This document shows, one piece after another, positions 54,804-64,000 of a stretch of DNA of 64,000 nt (its first letter is position 1; each line of letters opens with the position of its first letter). The notes beneath the pieces were generated by a model. It was not told where the DNA came from, did no database searches, and saw only the letters and a program-made list of their open reading frames with translations. The translations under genes were made by a program, and so were the position numbers. The DNA is from Eledone cirrhosa (lineage: Eukaryota). The stretch covers positions 310,434,001 through 310,498,000 of the forward strand of contig OZ024740.1 of the NCBI GenBank assembly GCA_964016885.1, given 5' to 3'.

Positions 54804-56152
54804 CAATACAGATTAGTTTTATAAATAAATATTGATATACCCTGAAGAAAGACAACCTTAATGGTTGGATCTTCCTGGATAGTGGAGATATTACATTTAT
54901 TGAGGGTGATAGAAAGTTATGATTGAGTATGCAAATGAGTGTCCGAAAGGTTTAAAAGATAACGGTTTATTTAAAATTAAACTGTTGGAAGAAGGTGATA
55001 TTGTGAGGGAGAGAGAAAAAAGAAAAATAGAGAAAAAGAAGGAATTATATGTATATTTTTGATAGTGGAATTAGTGTGAAGAGAGGAGAGCGTGGTTATA
55101 TTTAAGTGAGAGAAAAAAATATTAGTTATAAAGGACAAATACAGCGTAAGTATGTTTACGTGAGAGGAAAGAAGAAGGAACGAAGAAACGAGGGTAGCGT
55201 GGAGGAATAATGAAGCAGGATTCGTTATGTTTTGATTATACTATTTATAATGATAGGTTGAAAAAATTTGATTAAAGGTTTAATTAATAAATTTGATTAA
55301 AGGTTTAATTAATAATTTAATAATTAGTTTAAATGTGGATGTTAAGGATTATAAATTATTAAGAAATATATATTATATATTATTAAAAAATACATATTAT
55401 ATATTATTAAAATTTGTAAGTCAAAATTTTTAAAAATATCCAAATAATTCTAAATTTATGGAAAATACAAAAGAATAACCACTTATTTGTATTATAATAA
55501 CAGTAAAGCGTAAAGAAAGTTATAAGTGATTTATTAATAACCCAGAAGAAGTTAAAAAGTTAAATTGTCTATCTTAAGAATGTAATTGGAACATGAACCT
55601 TATGTTACTTTATACGAAGTCATAAATTTATAAATTTACTTGCTATAAAGTTTTAACATTTAAAAATTATAAGATTTAAAAAAATTTCCATAAAAATATA
55701 TTTAAAGCAGAAAGCATAAAAAATTATTTAAATATATTTAAAGCATAAACCATAGGTTACTCCACACATACTACAAAAAGAAAACATGTTTATTACATAT
55801 ATATAAACATTTGGATATATATATTAAAAACTTTGAAAAAGTATAAGAATATAAAAATATAAAAATATAGTTTTTCTATATCCTTCAAAGGAATTTTCAA
55901 AAGATTTTCTTAAACCCATCAGTAGGTTTATCAAGAAAAAGAAAATATATATATATATATATTTATATATATTTATATTGAGAGAAGGGAGATATAACCT
56001 TGCAAAATATATCAATGTCAAATTAAATGTAATATATAATAAAACTGAATAATTATATTCCCCCTTATAACTATGGATGTAGGAACTTCCGCTGTAACTA
56101 TATGTGGAACATACACATACATACACACACATACACATACATAAACACACAT

Positions 56153-56204
<52 letters not shown>

Positions 56205-59110
56205 GTGTGTATAAGTTCTTTATTGATATGCAAATACACACATACACATACACATACACACATATATATATATATATATATTACATGTATGTATGTGTGT
56301 ATTCATACATGATTTCTTAGAAGAATTTCACGTAAAAGGGATCTACATACAATTACAAAACGCGGTGAGGAGGAATTTGAGCACGTCGATTTTGATAAAT
56401 TAATAGATTCCATTAACGTCATTGCAGAAAAAGTGTGACGAAAAATTCAGGCCAGCGTAATTACCATATTTAAATATGTAAACTAGATAAAATAACAAAA
56501 ATAGGCCAAAGACAAAAATAATTATATAATTCAGATAGATGATATCCTCAGGAAAACAAACCATTTTAGATGAACAGAAATTCTGATTCTAATTGCAGAG
56601 TGAAATCTAGCGGTTAATGTTTCTGAAAGGAAAAGAGACGATTATTTAAAAAATTCCCCAAATCCTTGAATATTGATTAATGTTTTAGAGAAAAATGCGA
56701 TCTTTGTTAGCAAATTGCATCTGATAAGTTTTGGTTTCATTAGACATCATCGGGGAAATACAATCTTTAAAGTCCCCCTTCCATCAATGGATAACTATTT
56801 TCATGATTGTTCCAAAATTGCTTGAAATTGTCATAAAGTTTATAATGTAGTTACTGTTGTTGTTTAATTCTTAGGTTAGCTATGATTACTCAAATGAATT
56901 ATGAAAGTTGCTGATGTCATAATAATCGCGTCATTCAATACTGTGGCTACATTATTTCAAAATTTCGCTCCATTTGCTTGCTTCAGAGGGTTGATTTAAG
57001 GGAATGTTGCTGCTATTTCTCCCTATCAGGAGCATGGGAACGTAGTTATTCTTCGCTGGCTCACATTTTTAATGACGCTCTAATAAAAGTTCACTGGTCA
57101 TTTGCTATGAATGAAGGACCATAGTAATTTCTGTTTAGGAGATTTATGTTTATTATAAATAAAAATACGTACAGGTTCACACGTATATAGATGTAACGAT
57201 ATGGGTCATATTACACCAAGAATAGAAGTTAATTGTTATTTACCCATTATTATGGAAATAGAATACACATGAAAATTATCACGCGATGCATATTGCATCA
57301 CTTAAATTAAAAAGATTCAATTCATTCTACATTTCGCTTACATCATTCATTATTCTATCAACCGAAGCAATTTAACTAAATGAGAACGTTCTCCTGTTCC
57401 TGCATCTATTTGCGTTTTAGAATTATGCAATATCTCTTTTGGAAATTTAAATAACATTCCTTTCCACCTGACAGAATTTATAGCATGTAAATGTAACACG
57501 CATAGAAATAAAAGGAATCAACTGTTACAATACTTCAGCTCAGAAACTGTATATACCAGCAAATGAAACCAAGTCTGCAATCATACAACATACACTATTC
57601 GCTTATAAACCCTTCACAAACTCCTTCTCATTCACCTTCCATGTAGGGTTTCTGGGAATTTACTGATGCTCTAATTTACACTTTGTTAACATGAATAAAG
57701 ATAGATACGAGTTTATATAACTTCCATTCAGTTATAACCGCCTCATTGTAAATGTTAAGAAGCTGGGTTTCACAGAACCAGAAAGAACACGATTAGTTAA
57801 TAGGTTACAAGTACAAGTAATGGAACTGTAAAAATATGTAAAGCATTCCAAAGATTCTGGAATGCTTTATAATTGCTTTATAATTGCATACACACATGCA
57901 TAAATCGTATGCACCTGTACACATATAACTCAATACATACAGATACACACATACAATAATATTCATACCGGCACGTACACACACACATACACACACGTAC
58001 AAACACAGTTACATACGTACACACACAGACACATATTTACACACTCACGCATGCAGGTATACAACATATTTACCTAGTTGTTGATGTCTAAATTCCAATA
58101 AAAGAGTCTTGTTTTCTACATTAGAGACTGGCCCGCTCCCTATTGGTAAAAGTTTATTATATAATGAAACCAGAAGAACATACATACATACATACATACA
58201 TACATACATACATACATACATACATACATACATACATACATACATACATACATACATACATACATACATACATGAATGCATGCATGCATACATAAAAATA
58301 TCTATTAGCCATTAAACAACAAATGTCGTAGCTTGGAGCTTCACATCTCCGATCTTTGAAAAAAAAAAAAAATTGAGACAGGGGACTGTTAATGTCATTA
58401 TTAAACATGAAAAAAAATACAGCTTTTGATTGTCTGCAAGCGCAAAAATACAATAAAAATAGAAATAAAGATTTGTTAAGAGAAATAGATGGATAGCTAA
58501 CGATAGTTGTGTGAGTTTGTTTGAATTGCTATAAAAACATTAAAGGAAAATATTTGAGATAAACGCCAGAAAAAATGAGATGAAATGAGTAAAGTGTAGA
58601 GAGAGGGAAATATCTATGGGTTTAACCTTTTTCCGAAATTCATAACTTTGATTTATACAGTTGAAATGACAGCAATGCAGTGTTTATAAAGGAGGGCGGA
58701 GTGAAATAGAGAAAATAAATGGGTTAATATAGGACAAAGAAGACGACCGAGAAAAAAATAAATTTGTGGTAAAACGATCTCAGAATGCTATACATAGATT
58801 AATGTAACTATGGTACAGATAGAGCGAAAGTAATAAATGAGACAAATGATCGGAAAACGAAAACAATATACATTTTAACGGTGGGGAAAAGGGATGACAT
58901 ACATATTATGTAAGTACAAACAAAATAAGAGAGAATGTTTCAAACTATGAAATATATCGTCGAAATTCAAAATTTTAAAGTAGATATAACATTTTGTTAA
59001 AATGAAGACGTCAATATTATGTGATTAAATTTTTTTTAATGCTCCCATTATCAGCTAAGTATATTTCTGTTTTCATCGTATATGTGCTCTCCTTTCCTTC
59101 AAATGCCCGA

Positions 59111-59200
59111 CATAGAGTTACAGCCCTTTACGTTCTGAGTTCAAATCCCACCGCAGTCAACTTTACCTTTCATCCTTACGAGGTCGATAAAATAATAAGT
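59111..59200 (+). mobile_element. Partial SINE copy
   Basis: GAGTTCAAATCCCACCG..CTTTCATCCTTACGAGGTCGATAAAAT. Confidence 0.75.
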
Positions 59201-60349
59201 TCGCGTTACAAAGTTCTTATAATTGCATTTTAAAAAAAGTGTGTGTGTGTGGGGGGGGGGGGGGTTATGGGGGGCTCAGATTGTTTTTGTCGTATATGAT
59301 TGAAATTTGGTTGGTTGATGCATTCACTTGAATAAGCACATCAACTTTCACGTGAATTTGTGTTTGAATTTCTTTTTACTTAAAAAAAGTAGCTCAAGAG
59401 GGGTTTTTTTTATAAACGTAATTTGATTGGTTATAAATGAAATTATGACTGTCACGTGAACAAGTACATTACATTTCGCGGCCGTATTTGAGAATTTTTT
59501 CCTAACCATTTAGAGAATTTTGTGCCAAACAAAAGATGATGGTCAAGAAATAAAGGAAAAGCTCTCGAAGTAAAGCAACTAACCCAACTTCGTTTATATT
59601 GGATCTTGTTAGTGCTGCAAGAACAGAGTTAATTATTATCGAATAAAATGACAGGAGGCTGGACTGGTGAAATTCCTTGAAGGTGTATTATAAACACTAT
59701 GCACATTTCAATGACAGGGCTCTGCAAGAACCGGGTGACATTATCAGGTATTATGAAATTTATTTAATATATATGTACATATATATACATATATACATGC
59801 ATACACATATATATAAGTGTGTGTGTGTGTGTGTTCGTGTACACATACACACACATATATATACATGTATATGTATGTATGTTTGAAAGAAATTTAGTTC
59901 CCTAAAGTATACAGACATACACACACACACACACACGTGTGTGTGTGTGTGTGTGTGTGCATGTGTTTGTATTGATACGGTATGTGTTTAGCCAACCGGA
60001 TGAGAGATACCTCCATTTAAGGTTAGGATGTGATTTTAGGTGTAGGAAGACTCTGCTGTAAGAGCTACTTTATAATAGCATCCAATGATGCTGACTTATT
60101 CCACTTTTTGGATAATTGTTAGCATTGTTCAGAGAAAGGGATTGATCTATTGCAAGGTTTTCTTTCACTTAAAAAAGTTCAAAGAGAGGTATCACTAGAC
60201 CTAAACAACTTTCACGTGCATTACGTGTGTATAACCCTCTCCTACAGCATATGTATAAAGAAATCTATGACCTTGACAAGGTTAAAATATTATCTTTGTA
60301 CCACTAAAGTATGGGAAAAGGTCAATGAATGGCAATTGTCGAAGCTGAA

Positions 60350-60541
60350 GGGCGGTGGATTGGCAGTATCGATAGAGAGTCGGAGGCCAGGCTTTGCAGC
60401 ATAGAGTTACGGCCCTTTACGATCTTAGTTCAAATCCCGTGGAGATTAACTTTGCCTTTCATCCTTACGGGGTTGATAAAATAAAGTACCAGTAATACAC
60501 TAGGGTAATTGCTGGGAATGTGCCAAAAGTAGAAACAATTA
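60350..60541 (+). mobile_element. Full-length tRNA-derived SINE copy
   Basis: GGCGGTGGATTGGCAGTATCG ... AGTAGAAACAATT. Confidence 0.88.
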
Positions 60542-60574
60542 TATATATACACCCACACAGATACACACACATAC

Positions 60575-60655
<81 letters not shown>

Positions 60656-60942
60656 TCTCGTCAATTTGATTTGTCGGACTTAAGCCCACAAGATTCATTG
60701 CCTTGTGTCTCTTTTCCTCTCTTTGCGTTGCATTATTAACATGTTGTTTGTTTCCTTCACTCTGTTCTCCTCTGTCCTGATAACTAAATTTAGTTATCGC
60801 TCGCACTGATTTTAGGTATCTAGTCTTTAATGCGAAGAAATACCAACGATAATGAGCAGACTACTGATGAGGGACATTTAATCTCTTGGTCTATTTGTAT
60901 TCATATGTTCACGTTCGCAACAACGCAGCACGCCATTATTCA

Positions 60943-61016
<74 letters not shown>

Positions 61017-61235
61017 TTTGATTTATTGATTTATTGATTTTTTTATCTGAGTGTCCCGAATCTTCCAGATCGCAATATTTCGGTCGTATGGTTGATTATA
61101 GACTTGTTCTATGTGTGACGGTATTTTAACGATAGTTATAGCTCTGATTTATCTAAATTATTGAGCCCTCTGCCGCTCATATCGAATTTTGTTTATCGTG
61201 AACTTGTGCGCAGATTTTTCGATACTCGATTATTC

Positions 61236-61297
<62 letters not shown>

Positions 61298-61950
61298 ATA
61301 CTTTGGGAGGGTCATGTTGCCAATAAGAAACACACGCACTAGCAGCTTTCACTTCAATTTATTGTAATAAATTTATAAATTTAGGAATTTATAAATTTCC
61401 GGTTGGTTGGTTGGTTCCACAACTAGATGGTTGTTTATATATTGTCAAAGTTCTCTCTTCTCACATTCTGTGACCTCTTCAGTGACTGGGGATTCTTTTC
61501 TTTTTTTTTGTTTTTGTGCCTCTCCTTTGTTCTGTCCTACGCCATCTTGTTTCTGTGTATATATAATCTTTATGGCTAAATGTATAGATAATTATGTTTT
61601 ATTTGAAGTGTACCATTTCACACGCTTCATTAATAGATTCTGATATATGCCATTCTTAATTATATGAATTCTAATATTTCCCAGGTAATTGAGTGAGAAA
61701 TTTAATTATCAAAAAGGTTTTTTTTAAATAATTTTAAATTTAATCTCTTAGAATGAAAATATTAATCCCTTTCCTATTCCCTAATTACTTCAACTAATAT
61801 ACTGTAATTATTGTCAGGTACATTAGGCACACAATCGCAAAAGAAATACATTCTCATGTTCACAATTTATGCTCGTAGGCAGTGCATAAGTGCTTAAACA
61901 TGATAGTTTATATATATATATATATGTGTGTGAGTGTGTGTGTGTGTGTG

Positions 61951-62020
<70 letters not shown>

Positions 62021-62104
62021 ATATATATATATATGTATACATATATATATGTATATATGTATATATATGTATATATATGTATATATATATATATATATAC
62101 AATC

Positions 62105-62158
<54 letters not shown>

Positions 62159-62729
62159 ATACTCATACATATATATAACGTTATATATATATACATATAT
62201 ATATATACATACATATATATATACATATATATATAAGGTTATATATATATATATACATTTATATGTGTGTGTGTGTGTGTGTATATACAATTTTGTTACT
62301 TTTTTTGCAAATTAGCATTTGAATGGTTACGTAGATCGTAAATTTAGATAAATAAAAATTAACGTTTGAGTTGTTACGTGACCACAGTTTTACTAAACTA
62401 AAATGCAGTGTATACCCTACAATTTTCCAATGTTATAAACTTATTTCTTTTCTGAAAACTTCTATTTTCATCTTATATAGTTCATGAAATAATGAGTAAT
62501 GAACTTACAACTATAGAACAATATTTAACATGAATCATAAATTAAATTACGTATACCACATTCGTTCTTAATTTGTCTATTTCGTGTGAGTTAATTAGAT
62601 TATAATATTTATAAACATAATTTGATAAATCTTAAAACTAACTGCCTATTTGGAATGCTAAATATATGTACGTAATTCATGACACTTGATTAAATGTAAT
62701 TATATATATATTATATAAGTATGTACACG

Positions 62730-63085
62730 TACATACATATATGTATACATATATACATACATGCACATATATATATATGTACGTATGGATTCCCCGAACA
62801 TTTATTATAATGCTCGGTATGTTTGTAAACAAACATCCCGTAATAAGCCGTAGTCTCTAGCAACCATCGTTGCTCGTTTGTTCAACACTGACAAAAGAAC
62901 ACTGTACTAGTTTCAAGCTTATAATAAATGTTCGGTGAATCCATACGTACATATATATATATGTGTGCATGTATGAATATATATATACATACTACTATAC
63001 GTCCGTATACATATATGTATGTACGTGTACATACTTATATTTAACTAACAGCCGTACTAGGAGTGGGAAATGAAATTGTGTTTCA
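62730..63085. mobile_element. Rearranged (inverted plus direct) copy of the family at ~31655-31930
   Basis: ~62730-62920 is the reverse complement of ~31655-31830; ~62921-63085 matches ~31766-31930 directly. Confidence 0.8.
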
Positions 63086-63109
63086 TCTTTTCCGTTTATA
63101 TATATCATA

Positions 63110-63175
<66 letters not shown>

Positions 63176-63182
<7 letters not shown>

Positions 63183-64000
63183 AATAAGGACGCTGCGGAG
63201 TTGCAAATGGGTTACATATGAAAAAAGTTTGTCCTTCATCAGTGGTCTTCCAACCACCATAGGCATTTCATCGCTTTAAAGACCATATACCTCCGGTTGG
63301 CGCGAGCAACGGCTAAAAGAAGTCGTTGGGACACGTAAATAAAAGGGACGCGAGGGTAAACAAACAAAATGGTGAAGCAACAGAAAGTGATGAAGAAAGA
63401 GACAAGTCCCAGGTTTCTATGAATTTAAATTCGGTGAAATCGTGAACGAGAGAATAAAGACCATCAAACCTGGTTGAAATGTGAGCAAGGAAGGAATTTC
63501 GCACAGGTCTAACGGGGGGAAGAAGGGGTCTGATCTGAGAATTCGGTAAACATAAGTTCTGTGAAATCGTAGACGAGAGAGAGAGAGAGAGAAAAAAAAT
63601 TCATACCAGCTTGGCCATGAGTGCGCGAGAAAAGAATTACACACAGGTCAAACGGGAAGAAAGAGGAGGAGGAGAGGTAGTGACAGAGAATGAGTGAGTG
63701 AAGGGTGAGGAAGAGGCTAACAGAGAGAGAGACTGCTAGAAAGAGTAAAGATACATAGAACGAAATAGACGGGTAGCAGCAGAGGAGAAAATATGTGTAA
63801 ATATGATAATAAGGACGCTGCGGAGTTGCAAATGGGTTACATATGAAAAAAGTTTGTCCTTCATCAGTGGTCTTCCAATCATCATAGGCATTTCATCGCT
63901 TTAAAGACCATATACCTCCGGTTGGTGCGAGCAACGGCTAAAAAAAGTCGTTGGGCCACGTAAATAAAGGGGATGCGAAGGTAAACAAACAAAATGGTGA
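63176..64000. repeat. Direct repeat with ~625-bp period running off the window end
   Basis: ATATGATAATAAGGACGCTGCGG... starts at 63176 and again at 63801; ~200 bp can be compared, with several substitutions. Confidence 0.85.

Noticed and set aside
60858-60935. CTGATGAGGGAC as an HHR start
   Set aside because: No GAAA or stem III partner is found downstream.
63225-63275. Type II hammerhead reading (GAAA...hairpin...CTGATGA) on the minus strand
   Set aside because: No NUH directly before stem I, and the stem II strands do not pair.

Overview
AT-rich, microsatellite-dense animal DNA; the SINE family and (TA)n/(CA)n load suggest an octopus-like cephalopod genome (inference). I recognise no host protein-coding exon, and nearly all listed ORFs are microsatellite artefacts. 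The window holds degenerate mobile DNA: an RTE-like LINE, a mariner, an R4/Dong-like LINE with a nested CRE-like fragment, a Penelope-like element with inverted termini, about 13 copies of a tRNA-derived SINE, several MITE-like/foldback elements, and a SINE-bounded ~2 kb tandem duplication. The main signal is a set of type-I hammerhead ribozyme (HHR) motifs with palindromic stem III. The clearest case is a non-coding 591-bp unit repeated ~4.5 times head-to-tail plus an inverted partial copy (14277-17378). Each complete unit carries an HHR with a compensatory U3-A8 core and an enlarged stem II, making it a candidate retrozyme-like or non-autonomous Penelope-type element. All folds were assigned by eye and none has been tested.
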